Positions 9,145 to 18,287 of a DNA stretch of 64,000 nt are shown in pieces. Position 1 is the first letter of the stretch, and every line of letters starts with the position of its first letter. A program made the position numbers and the translations under genes. The notes beneath the pieces were generated by a model. The model worked only from the letters and a program-made list of their open reading frames with translations. It was not told the origin of the DNA and ran no database searches. The stretch is taken from the NCBI GenBank assembly GCA_028282585.1, contig JANQHR010000117.1:10277-74276 (forward strand), written 5' to 3'. This DNA comes from Bacteroidales bacterium. Lineage in GTDB: Bacteria; Bacteroidota; Bacteroidia; Bacteroidales; UBA12077.

Positions 9145-10689
9145 TTATTCTCCATTTTTAAACGCCAATGCACCTGTTGGACATGCTTCTACACATTTTT
9201 GTGATGCAATAGTTAAAGCTTCTTTTAATTGTTTGTTAAAGGGTATATCTATTTTAACGTTAAAACCACGTCCAATATATGTAAGTCCTGTTAATTCTTT
9301 TTCACCTGACGCTATTTCTATGCATAAACCACAACGAATACATTTTTCTTGTTCAAAAACTACATCATTATGATGCATGTACTTTTTTAGTTGTTTTCGT
9401 TCACCAAACGAGTATTTCTTCTGATTCGCTCCGTACTGATCAGCATAAACTCTCAGCTTACAGCTAGTTGGTTTTCTGCAGTCGCAACGTAAGCATCTTT
9501 GAGCTTCTTTTACTGCTTCTTCTTTATTAAAACCACTTAATTTTCCTTTTACAGGTTCGATTCTATTATCAAAAATAGCTTCTTTCTTATATTCCTCAAT
9601 TTCCGATTCAGTTAATTTTCCAAATCTAGAATTAAATAAGCGATTAGCTTTGCCAGGGCCTTTTCCTTCTAAAAACAGATTAACTGAAAAGGCAGCTTCT
9701 TTACCTTGAGCTAATGCCCTAATAGCCATTTTATGATGCCGTAACACACTACCGCATGCAAAAACACCATTCATATTTGTAGAATAAGAGGAATCTATTG
9801 TTTTCAAATCAAAATTGAAGTTTTCTTCAGGATTACCAGTAGCAATTATTATAGCATCAAAATCTTTTTTTAGCGTATTCTCAAAAATTTCAGGATTAAT
9901 ATTTGTATTTAACTCGAATTTGGCTCCAAATTTTTTGATAATTTCTATTTCACTTTCTAAAGCTTTAGCAGGAAGTTCATTTTCAGGGACAGATAATAAT
10001 GAACCGCCAGCTTTTTCTTTTTTGTCAAAAATTACACAATTTTGACCACTCTTTAGGATGTAATAAGCAGCTGCCAATCCTGCAGGTCCGGAACCAATTA
10101 CGGCAACATTCTTATTTGTTTGTGGTTTCTTTTCAGGTAAATAGACAGAATCTTTATTAATATCAACATCAGCAACAAATCTTTTCAAAAGACAAATAGA
10201 AACCGGATTATCAACCTGTTTTCTTCTGCATGCGCCTTCGCAGGGAGCCGGGCAGATATAACCTAAAATTAAAGGTAATGCAATATCTTCTTTTACTAAT
10301 TGTAAGGCTTCATCAAATTTATTATTAGCAATAAGTCGATTCATTTCAGGAATATCCATAAATGCAGGACAACTTAACCTGCAAGGAGCTTCACAATCGC
10401 CAACATGATCGCTTAATAACAGTTCCAACCCTTCTTTTCTTGCTTCAATTACTTCTTCATCGTCGCAAATGATATCCATACCTTCCCTGGCCGGCATAGC
10501 ACATGATGGAAACAATTCTCCATTGTTCTTATTTTTAACAAGACAAACCATGCATGATGGATGATTCTCAAACTCATCTTTTAAATAACACATGGTAGGT
10601 ATTTCTATTCCCAACGATTCCGCTGCCTTTAAAACAGTAGTACCTTCCTTTACTTTAACAGGCTGACTATTTATTTTTAATTCAATCAT
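9145..10689 (-). CDS. Fe-S flavoprotein: [2Fe-2S] + truncated GltD-like FAD domain + ferredoxin domain (StnC/NuoG-N-like)
   Basis: IPTMC..SCMVC..SC; DHVGDCEAPC..CP; ICPAPCEGAC; GSGPAG; EAQRCLRCDC; CIRCGLC..CVEACPTG. Confidence 0.85.
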   Translation of the reverse strand: MIELKINSQPVKVKEGTTVLKAAESLGIEIPTMCYLKDEFENHPSCMVCLVKNKNNGELFPSCAMPAREGMDIICDDEEVIEARKEGLELLLSDHVGDCEAPCRLSCPAFMDIPEMNRLIANNKFDEALQLVKEDIALPLILGYICPAPCEGACRRKQVDNPVSICLLKRFVADVDINKDSVYLPEKKPQTNKNVAVIGSGPAGLAAAYYILKSGQNCVIFDKKEKAGGSLLSVPENELPAKALESEIEIIKKFGAKFELNTNINPEIFENTLKKDFDAIIIATGNPEENFNFDLKTIDSSYSTNMNGVFACGSVLRHHKMAIRALAQGKEAAFSVNLFLEGKGPGKANRLFNSRFGKLTESEIEEYKKEAIFDNRIEPVKGKLSGFNKEEAVKEAQRCLRCDCRKPTSCKLRVYADQYGANQKKYSFGERKQLKKYMHHNDVVFEQEKCIRCGLCIEIASGEKELTGLTYIGRGFNVKIDIPFNKQLKEALTIASQKCVEACPTGALAFKNGE

Positions 10690-10690
10690 T

Positions 10691-13039
10691 TTATTTTGTT
10701 ATAACAGCATCAACAGGACAAACTTCCCTACAAACATCACATTTTATACATTTCTCTTGCTCGATTTCATGTACTTCATATGGTTTAACCGGTATGGCAT
10801 CAGATGGACAGCGTTGTGCGCATTTTGTACATCCAATACAATCTTCAGTTATTTCGTATCGAATTATTTCCTTACATTTACCTGTAGGACATGTCCCCTT
10901 TATATGGGCTTCATATTCATGTCTGAAATATTTCAAGGTTGTAGTAACCGGGTTTGGAGCAGTTCTTCCTAAATTACATATGCTACCCTTTTGCGTTTGT
11001 TCTGCTAATTTTTCAAGTGTACCAATATCTTCCATTTTACCTTGACCACTGGTTATTTTTTCTAAGATCTCAAGCATTCTTCTTGTTCCGATTCTACAGA
11101 ATGTACAACGTCCACACGACTGATCCTGTGTAAATGATAAAAAATAATGCGCAATATCCACCATACAATCAGTCTCATCTAAAACAATTAAACCGCCGGA
11201 ACCCATCATTGCACCTACTTCCGTTAAAGAAGCAAAATCTATTGGAATATCTGCCATAGATTCGGGAATGCAACCACCGGAAGGTCCGCCAATCTGAACA
11301 GCTTTAAACTTCTTATTATTTGCAATTCCACCACCAATATTTTCTACGATCTGCCGAATAGTTATTCCCATTGGAACTTCGATTAATCCACCACGGTTGA
11401 TTTTTCCAGCCAAGGCAAACACTTTGGTTCCTTTACTATCTTCTGTTCCGGTACTATTAAAAGCTTTTGAACCATTTCGAATAATCCAGGGAACTAATGA
11501 AAATGTTTCAGTATTATTTATCAATGTTGGTTTATCCCAAAGTCCTTTTTCCGAAGGATAAGGCGGACGTAGTATGGGGTAACCACGATTACCTTCGATT
11601 GATTTATAAAGAGCCGTTTCTTCACCACAAACAAATGCTCCAGCTCCTTCAAATATTTTTAGATTAAAAGAAAATCCTGTTCCTAAAATATTATTACCAA
11701 GCATTCCTTCGCGCTGACAGATTTCAATTCCCTCTCTAATTCGTTTTACCGCTAACGGGTATTCTGCTCTGATATATAAAATACCTTCAGAAGCTCCAAC
11801 TGCGTAACCTGCTATAATTAGTCCTTCAATTATTCGGAAAGGATAAGATTCCAATAACATCCGGTCCATAAAGGCACCAGGATCGCCTTCATCACCATTA
11901 CAAATAACATATTTTTTATCAGATTTATTATCTTTTACTAACCGCCATTTTTGTCCGGTTAGGAATCCACCACCACCACGGCCTTTTAATCCACTTTCTT
12001 CAATTTCATCAACAACTTCTTGTGGAGTCATATTCTTTAAGCACTTATCCAAAGCCTTAAATCCATCCAGTTTTTTATATTCTTCCAGATCAAATGGTTT
12101 TAATTCTCCACGATATTCGGTTGCAATGTTAATTTGCCCTTCCAGAAATTCTGAGATTGGTGTATTTATTTCATCCTCAGCGTATTTTTTAGTGAGTTTA
12201 GGAATATTCTCAAAAACAAAGCTATCTACGAAATTATTAAATCGACTTTTGAATCTATCTATAAAACTAGTTGGTTGAAAATGATTTAGAACAATGCCTC
12301 TAACTTCTTCTGCATTAATTTTAGTGTAAAAGGAAGTAACCTCATCAGGTTTATGAATCTCAAGCATAGGTACCTGATTACATACTCCAACACATCCAAC
12401 TTGCTTAACATCTACATGAATATGATTTCTGCTTAAGGTATCCTCAAGTTCTTCTTTTATATCCTGACTGCCGCTGGCAATGCAACAAGAACCAAGTCCT
12501 ATCCTTATTTCTCCTTGTGTTTTTTCATCAACCGCGAGTGATGATTTTTGTTCTGATTTTGGTTTATCTTTATTTTCAATGAAATCCTGAATTACTTCAC
12601 CTACTTTTTCCGTTGTAACATGGCCATATGTGGTTTCATCTATTTGAACTACAGGAGCTAATGTGCAGCATCCTAAACAAGCAATTTTTTCTACGGTAAA
12701 TAATCCATCTTTATCCGTATCATCAAAGTCTTCAATCTCTAATTCTCGTTTAAATGCATCGTAAACCAACATTGCACCTTTAACGTGACATGCAGTCCCT
12801 ACACACACTTTAATGATGTGTTCACCTACAGGTTTATGTCTAAACTGAGAATAGAATGTTGATATTCCGTATATTTTTGAAGGAGTTATATCCGTTGTAT
12901 CACAAACCCTTTGTAGGGCTTCTTCAGGCAGATAATTAAAATTTTCCTGAATAGCTTGAAGAATAGGGATAACCATTTCCACAGATTTTCCCTTTTCTTG
13001 TATAATGTTGTCGACTATATTTTTTATTTCTGTACTCAT
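10691..13039 (-). CDS. Fused NuoE-NuoF (HydC-HydB-like) NADH-binding flavoprotein
   Basis: CVGTAC..CLGCC [2Fe-2S]; second thioredoxin-like Cys domain; GRGGGGF, NGDEGDPGAFMDR, GAGAFVCGEET, CGRCTFC; C-terminal 2x[4Fe-4S]. Confidence 0.92.
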   Translation of the reverse strand: MSTEIKNIVDNIIQEKGKSVEMVIPILQAIQENFNYLPEEALQRVCDTTDITPSKIYGISTFYSQFRHKPVGEHIIKVCVGTACHVKGAMLVYDAFKRELEIEDFDDTDKDGLFTVEKIACLGCCTLAPVVQIDETTYGHVTTEKVGEVIQDFIENKDKPKSEQKSSLAVDEKTQGEIRIGLGSCCIASGSQDIKEELEDTLSRNHIHVDVKQVGCVGVCNQVPMLEIHKPDEVTSFYTKINAEEVRGIVLNHFQPTSFIDRFKSRFNNFVDSFVFENIPKLTKKYAEDEINTPISEFLEGQINIATEYRGELKPFDLEEYKKLDGFKALDKCLKNMTPQEVVDEIEESGLKGRGGGGFLTGQKWRLVKDNKSDKKYVICNGDEGDPGAFMDRMLLESYPFRIIEGLIIAGYAVGASEGILYIRAEYPLAVKRIREGIEICQREGMLGNNILGTGFSFNLKIFEGAGAFVCGEETALYKSIEGNRGYPILRPPYPSEKGLWDKPTLINNTETFSLVPWIIRNGSKAFNSTGTEDSKGTKVFALAGKINRGGLIEVPMGITIRQIVENIGGGIANNKKFKAVQIGGPSGGCIPESMADIPIDFASLTEVGAMMGSGGLIVLDETDCMVDIAHYFLSFTQDQSCGRCTFCRIGTRRMLEILEKITSGQGKMEDIGTLEKLAEQTQKGSICNLGRTAPNPVTTTLKYFRHEYEAHIKGTCPTGKCKEIIRYEITEDCIGCTKCAQRCPSDAIPVKPYEVHEIEQEKCIKCDVCREVCPVDAVITK

Positions 13040-13068
13040 CTAATATATTCTTTTCTAATATATTCTTT
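13039..13068. repeat. 15-bp perfect tandem duplication at the nuoEF start
   Basis: TCTAATATATTCTTT at 13039-13053 and 13054-13068. Confidence 0.8.
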
Positions 13069-13129
13069 GCGACTCAGCGACTTATCTTATTTTCAATTTT
13101 AAACCGCAAAGATGTAAAGGCGCTAAGTT

Positions 13130-13233
13130 TCAAAAACCATTAACAAATCTTTTAAATCCGTTTTTCAAAAGCGGAACATTAAAACTTCTTTTGAAAACTT
13201 ATTATATTTTTCTTTATTCATTTTATCGTTCAT
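13130..13233 (-). pseudogene. Internally deleted GxxExxY-family gene remnant
   Basis: Minus strand MNDKMNKEKYNKFSKEVL joined out of frame to FNVPLLKNGFKRFVNGF*, resembling the family C-terminus NFNVxxLKxGxxRxVN; flanked by CTTTGCG/CGCAAAG-type repeats. Confidence 0.7.
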
Positions 13234-13281
13234 ATTCGCTGCAAAGTCACCAGGATTTGGAGTTTCTATTAATTAACGTTT

Positions 13282-15129
13282 TTATTTCCCAATACAATAT
13301 AAATTCTTATCAGCTCTTATAAAAATCCTGCCATCAGCGAAAGCTGGCGTACTCACTACTCTTTCTCCTAAAGCAGCTTCTCCAAGTGATACAAATTCTT
13401 TGTCTACTTTAAATATATGCGTAATACCTTCCCTGTCAATTAAATAGATTTTGTCTTCAACCATTATTGGTGATGAGTAAAATCCATTGTCAAATTCTTT
13501 TTCCCATAACAAGGTGCCTGTTTTAGCATCATGGCAAACAACTACACCATAACTGGTTGCAAGGAATAAATATTTATCGGTTGCAACGGGGCTTGGTACA
13601 TCTGATAGGTAATCATATTGTTCCCAAATTTTTTCCGGTTGATCTCCCATCTTAATGGCAACTAAACTTGCATATTCATTGGTTGCAAATACAATCCCAT
13701 CAGCATAAGCAACTGAAGGTCCAACTTCTCCATATAAACAATCCAGTCGCCATAACTCTTCTCCTGTTTTTGCATCATACGATGCTACAAAAGGATCAGT
13801 TACTAAAAGAATTTCCACTCTGTTATTATGTTGAACAATCACCGGAGATGCCCATGAGATTTTACCTTTACGTTCAGTACTCCACACTTCATCTCCTGAT
13901 TGCGTTGATAATGCTATTATTTTTGACGCACTTCTATGATCATATTGAATTATCAATTTATCATCATAAATATACAGTGATGAAGAGTAACCATAATGAT
14001 TTTGTGGTACACCCAGATTTTTAACCCAAACCCTGTTCCCTTTCATATCCAAAGCAATTACATCTCCTGTTGAAAATATTGCAAAAACACTTTTACCATC
14101 GGTTGTTACAGTTGGAGCTGAATGACCGGTATCATTTGTTACTTCTGGTGCTGAAGCAGGCGAACCGGGAACGTTATCAACATTGGCTGTCCAGATTAAT
14201 TCGCCTGTATTTTTATCAAAACAGTAAACCTGGCGCAGTGCGGCATTTGCTCCTGATAAAAATACTTTATTACCCCAAACAACAGGTGAATTATAACCAT
14301 GCAATGGGATAGAGGATTTCCATAAAATATTTTGTCCTGAAGCACCATCCCAGCTTGTTGGAATATTTTTTTGAAATGCTATTCCGTTTCCACCCGGACC
14401 GCGGAATGAAGGAAAATTAGCCTTCATTTCGGCAGTTGGGTATTTAACTATTGAACTTATTGCAACTTGTTCAGGCTTTTCTACAGGAGCTGTTTCTTCA
14501 GGTTCAGATGCTTCAGTACCAACAGGTTCTGTTTGTACAGTTTCTGCTACCTGTGATCCGGAAGAAATTTCTTCTGTTGCTGCTTCATCAGCAGAACTTT
14601 CATCGGTAACTACATTCTCATTAATTGCCGCTTCTACGAATGTTTCTCCTAGTCTGTTATGTGTTAAAAATGCAAAAACTAAAGCAATTGATACCAAACT
14701 AACGCCTCCAATAGATACCCATTTGCGAGCAGTTTTTTGTAGAAACAAGTTGTTTTCATCTTTTTCACCAACTTCCGGAGATATTTTTTTAGCTGAATTT
14801 ATTAGTTGGTATGAAATTACAAAAAGAATTACTCCAATAAGCAGTAAATATCCACCGGTTCTGATTTGCCATTGATTGGTAAAATATGCTTTACGAACCA
14901 ACAAGTCCAGTTCTCTAATTTCCAACCTTAATGCTTCATCATTCGGATTTTGACTCAGACGTTCAACCAATGTATTAATCAATTCTGTGTTAACAGGATC
15001 TAATCTGTTAATTTGAAAGTAATTTGCTATTATTAAGAAACATATTATAAATGAAAAGATTGCAGCTACGATTGCAATTCCTTTCCATAGTTGAGTATTT
15101 GTAGTTAAAAGTTCCTTTATTTTTTTCAT
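13282..15129 (-). CDS. Membrane-anchored PQQ-like beta-propeller
   Basis: Three N-terminal hydrophobic helices, acidic Pro/Glu linker, FPSFRGPGGNG, propeller blades. Confidence 0.85.
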   Translation of the reverse strand: MKKIKELLTTNTQLWKGIAIVAAIFSFIICFLIIANYFQINRLDPVNTELINTLVERLSQNPNDEALRLEIRELDLLVRKAYFTNQWQIRTGGYLLLIGVILFVISYQLINSAKKISPEVGEKDENNLFLQKTARKWVSIGGVSLVSIALVFAFLTHNRLGETFVEAAINENVVTDESSADEAATEEISSGSQVAETVQTEPVGTEASEPEETAPVEKPEQVAISSIVKYPTAEMKANFPSFRGPGGNGIAFQKNIPTSWDGASGQNILWKSSIPLHGYNSPVVWGNKVFLSGANAALRQVYCFDKNTGELIWTANVDNVPGSPASAPEVTNDTGHSAPTVTTDGKSVFAIFSTGDVIALDMKGNRVWVKNLGVPQNHYGYSSSLYIYDDKLIIQYDHRSASKIIALSTQSGDEVWSTERKGKISWASPVIVQHNNRVEILLVTDPFVASYDAKTGEELWRLDCLYGEVGPSVAYADGIVFATNEYASLVAIKMGDQPEKIWEQYDYLSDVPSPVATDKYLFLATSYGVVVCHDAKTGTLLWEKEFDNGFYSSPIMVEDKIYLIDREGITHIFKVDKEFVSLGEAALGERVVSTPAFADGRIFIRADKNLYCIGK

Positions 15130-16412
15130 TGTAATTCAGTTTTTACTTCAGGTAATACAGGGCAATAATCAACACATCGTGCACAACTTAAACAAGTTCC
15201 TTTATTTGGAGTATAATCTTCTCGATATTTAAATATGGTTAAACTAACTAAGGTTAATCCGAAAACTAATCCTATAAAACCACCAAGAATCCATCCACCA
15301 ATGTAAAATTTCTTTATTATTGCTGCAACTTCATTATATAATTCTTCTTTTGACTGACCCGCGGCTTTGAAGGCTGTAATTTCGAATGCTTCCTGTTCAG
15401 TTTCACCATAATTAGTTTCATTTAATAATTCATTGGCTAATCGAACTTTTGTATTTACAGAAGCCAGGTTTTCATGAAATTGTGATCCGGTATAACCACC
15501 AATTAAAATTAATACTGGTATTATTATAGTATACATCAAAAATCTACGAACAGCTATTGGTCTTTCTTCTTTTTCTTTTAATAGAACGGGTTTGTCAATA
15601 GCTTCGAAAGGGCAGGAATCTTCGCATAATCTGCACTGAATACATTCGGTAGGGGTAATTGTAATATGCTTTTTTGAGAATCTGCTTACAAGATTCAGTA
15701 AAGCTCCATAAGGACATAAAAACCTGCAATAAGGACGGGCAATAAAGATTCCTGTAAGTAGCAATACTCCACCAATGGAAAACATCATGAATGTTGCATC
15801 GAACCTAAAGAAACCAACAAAGGGATCATATCTGCAAATAATAAAATCCGTACTTGTTGCAGCATAAAGTATTGCTAATCCAAGGTATATAAATGGAATT
15901 ATTCCTAAAACCTTTTCCAGCCATGTTTTTATTGACATTGGTTTTAGTGCAAAAATGTCTTGCAAAGTTCCTAAAGGACAAACACCCGCGCAAAATGTCC
16001 TTCCAAAAAACAAAGTATATACAATTGGTAAAATAAAAAAAGCTATTGCCGTTAACGGAATACTGTATTCGGGATTAAAAAGTGCCAGAGTAATATTCTG
16101 TAGTGATCCCACAGAACATATACATCCTTCCCGGAAAAAACCAAAGTATAAAACAGCAAATACGGACATCCAGAATACCCCTTTTCTCGATCTTTTTTTA
16201 ATAACGAGCCATGTTACTACACTTAATGCAGCAACTAACACAAACGTATCTAAAATATCTAATGCCTGAGCTCTTGGATCTGGAGTAACTGTTGGTGGTT
16301 GCGTATGTCCGGATTCAAATTCGGGCTTTGGGAAACGCTGAATAGCATAAATATTATAAACCTGGAGAGATATTATAGCTAATAAAAGTATGGTTGCAAT
16401 TTTCTTTTTCAT
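15126..16412 (-). CDS. Membrane polyferredoxin (NapH/MauN/RdxA-like)
   Basis: Multiple TM helices; two CxxxCP motifs (FCAGVCP, YCRFLCP); CIQCRLCEDSCP and CLSCARCVDYCP. Confidence 0.88.
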   Translation of the reverse strand: MKKKIATILLLAIISLQVYNIYAIQRFPKPEFESGHTQPPTVTPDPRAQALDILDTFVLVAALSVVTWLVIKKRSRKGVFWMSVFAVLYFGFFREGCICSVGSLQNITLALFNPEYSIPLTAIAFFILPIVYTLFFGRTFCAGVCPLGTLQDIFALKPMSIKTWLEKVLGIIPFIYLGLAILYAATSTDFIICRYDPFVGFFRFDATFMMFSIGGVLLLTGIFIARPYCRFLCPYGALLNLVSRFSKKHITITPTECIQCRLCEDSCPFEAIDKPVLLKEKEERPIAVRRFLMYTIIIPVLILIGGYTGSQFHENLASVNTKVRLANELLNETNYGETEQEAFEITAFKAAGQSKEELYNEVAAIIKKFYIGGWILGGFIGLVFGLTLVSLTIFKYREDYTPNKGTCLSCARCVDYCPVLPEVKTELQ

Positions 16413-16432
16413 TCAAATTATAAAATAGATAT

Positions 16433-17017
16433 CTAACTTTTGTTTTCTTCTTTGCTAAAACCTGCAAAAATGTATGGACTATCAATAGAAACACGCTCAA
16501 AGGCATCTGCCGGACAATCTCTTGCAATAGAACATTCGTTGCAGTCTACACATAATCTATGATTAACCTGCAATTGGAGAGATCCGTTCCCAAAAGCACC
16601 GCATCCTTTAACACATTTTGCACAACCAATACATAATTCTTCAATTATATGATATTCAAAAAAAGGTTCTTCAATAAACTTACGTTCTATTGCTGCTGTC
16701 GGACAAAGCTGATTTTCAGCTGCAGTTGTTAAATTTTTTGCTTCAGGTCTGAAATATCCTCCGCATAAATCGCAGTATCCGCACATATCATAAACATGGA
16801 AACATTTAACAGCAGATGGGGTCATTATACAACTGGTTGCACAACGGCCGCATTGTATACATTTGGCAGGATCAAGTTGCCAGACATATTCTTTTGCTCT
16901 TGATCTTTTATATAACCCAACGCCTAATCCGGTTAATCCTAAGCCAATGGAAAATCTGAAACCACGATCTATGAAGGCTCGTCTGTTTAGATCTTTCTTT
17001 TTTTCCTTCTTTGCCAT
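16433..17017 (-). CDS. Tat-exported multi-[4Fe-4S] ferredoxin (NapG/MauM-like)
   Basis: NRRAFI twin-Arg plus hydrophobic stretch; CIQCGRCATSC, CGYCDLC, CIGCAKCVKGC, CVDCNEC..CP. Confidence 0.85.
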   Translation of the reverse strand: MAKKEKKKDLNRRAFIDRGFRFSIGLGLTGLGVGLYKRSRAKEYVWQLDPAKCIQCGRCATSCIMTPSAVKCFHVYDMCGYCDLCGGYFRPEAKNLTTAAENQLCPTAAIERKFIEEPFFEYHIIEELCIGCAKCVKGCGAFGNGSLQLQVNHRLCVDCNECSIARDCPADAFERVSIDSPYIFAGFSKEENKS

Positions 17018-17019
17018 AA

Positions 17020-17229
17020 CTAAGCTGATTTTTTGTTCTTGTTCCTTTTAAAAATAACAGCTTCAGGCTGCTTGCACGAGTTTAGTTTTCTACAATCTCT
17101 ACATACAAAATCAAAATTGCAGGGCTCTGTAATTTTTGATTTCCTGTAGATTAACACTCCACTTAGAGCAGCTAATCCGGTAAAGATTGTTCCCCTTCCA
17201 ATAGATGATATAAACTGACGTCTATTCAT
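17020..17229 (-). CDS. Small Tat-signal protein with four-Cys motif
   Basis: MNRRQFI, hydrophobic segment, CNFDFVCRDCRKLNSC; 2-3 bp gaps to both neighbours. Confidence 0.75.
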   Translation of the reverse strand: MNRRQFISSIGRGTIFTGLAALSGVLIYRKSKITEPCNFDFVCRDCRKLNSCKQPEAVIFKRNKNKKSA

Positions 17230-17232
17230 AGC

Positions 17233-18195
17233 TTATTTCTTTTCAAATATTCTAACTAGCTTCTTAACAGGATCTAAAACATAAATTCTATCTTTTGAAT
17301 CTACTGCTAAATCAATACCTTTGGTACCTTCTTCGAAAATATCCGGGCCAGCTACAACCGATTTAAAATCGCCCGATGGAGAATGAACTTTAACTCTTTC
17401 TAATCCCTTTTCGCTTGTAACGAACGAACCATTAGATAAAATGGCAATATTAGATGGATTGCAACAACCGCTGAAACCTTCCAATTGCATAGAGGTTCTT
17501 TCCCAGGATGATATCAGATTACCATCAAAATCATAATTTTCGAAAGCATGTATTCCAGGATTTACCACCCATAATCTCCCAAGATTTCCTATTAACAGAT
17601 CAAAATGAGGGCTTGGAATAATAAAACCAGGAACACCTTTTAGCGTATCTTTTTTCCCAATCTCATTTCTAAGGTTTCCTTCTAAATCATAATGATAAAC
17701 TATTTTATTTCCGGCATCGGCAACAAAAACTGAGTTTTCAGTAGTGGCAATGCTTGTTGTTATAACATTTTCATTTAAAGTTTTCCATCTGGATTTTAAA
17801 TTTCCGGTTCTATCATAAACTTCAATATGATTCAACATTCCAAGATAGATATTCCCATTATTTGATACATCTATCGAATAAGCAGTTGAGTCAATTTCAA
17901 ATGATTGGCTTACAGTTCCATTTGTTCTATAAGTAATTACTTTTCCAGCGCCGGTTACATAAATGTTATCATTGTCATCTATATCAATAGAAATCAGTTC
18001 ATTTATGTCAGGATTTAGTTGAAGTACTTCTTTATAATGAATTAATTCAGGATCGATATTCTTCAGTTTATCAATATTGTATTCGTATGGATTTTTCTGA
18101 CTTTTATTCTTACTCTTGTAAAAATCCTGCCACATAACTACAATTACACCTATTAATATAACTAGTAAAAAGCCTATTGTTATCTTCTGTTTCAT
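17233..18195 (-). CDS. NHL-repeat beta-propeller, N-terminally anchored, GCCNP motif
   Basis: VFVADAGN, DLAVDSKDRIYVLD, IDIDDNDNIYV repeats; FSGCCNPSNIA. Confidence 0.8.
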   Translation of the reverse strand: MKQKITIGFLLVILIGVIVVMWQDFYKSKNKSQKNPYEYNIDKLKNIDPELIHYKEVLQLNPDINELISIDIDDNDNIYVTGAGKVITYRTNGTVSQSFEIDSTAYSIDVSNNGNIYLGMLNHIEVYDRTGNLKSRWKTLNENVITTSIATTENSVFVADAGNKIVYHYDLEGNLRNEIGKKDTLKGVPGFIIPSPHFDLLIGNLGRLWVVNPGIHAFENYDFDGNLISSWERTSMQLEGFSGCCNPSNIAILSNGSFVTSEKGLERVKVHSPSGDFKSVVAGPDIFEEGTKGIDLAVDSKDRIYVLDPVKKLVRIFEKK

Positions 18196-18287
18196 ACCTG
18201 TTATTTTTTACTATTTCTATTTCCATTTTCTTAGCATCCAGATTCTTTGTAGCTTATTTTTACCACTAAGAACTGAGGCTTGAAATT

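Noticed and set aside
9145-13039. Respiratory complex I (nuoEFG) or an [FeFe]-hydrogenase
   Set aside because: No other nuo genes, and no H-cluster motifs or molybdopterin domain in the 514-aa protein.
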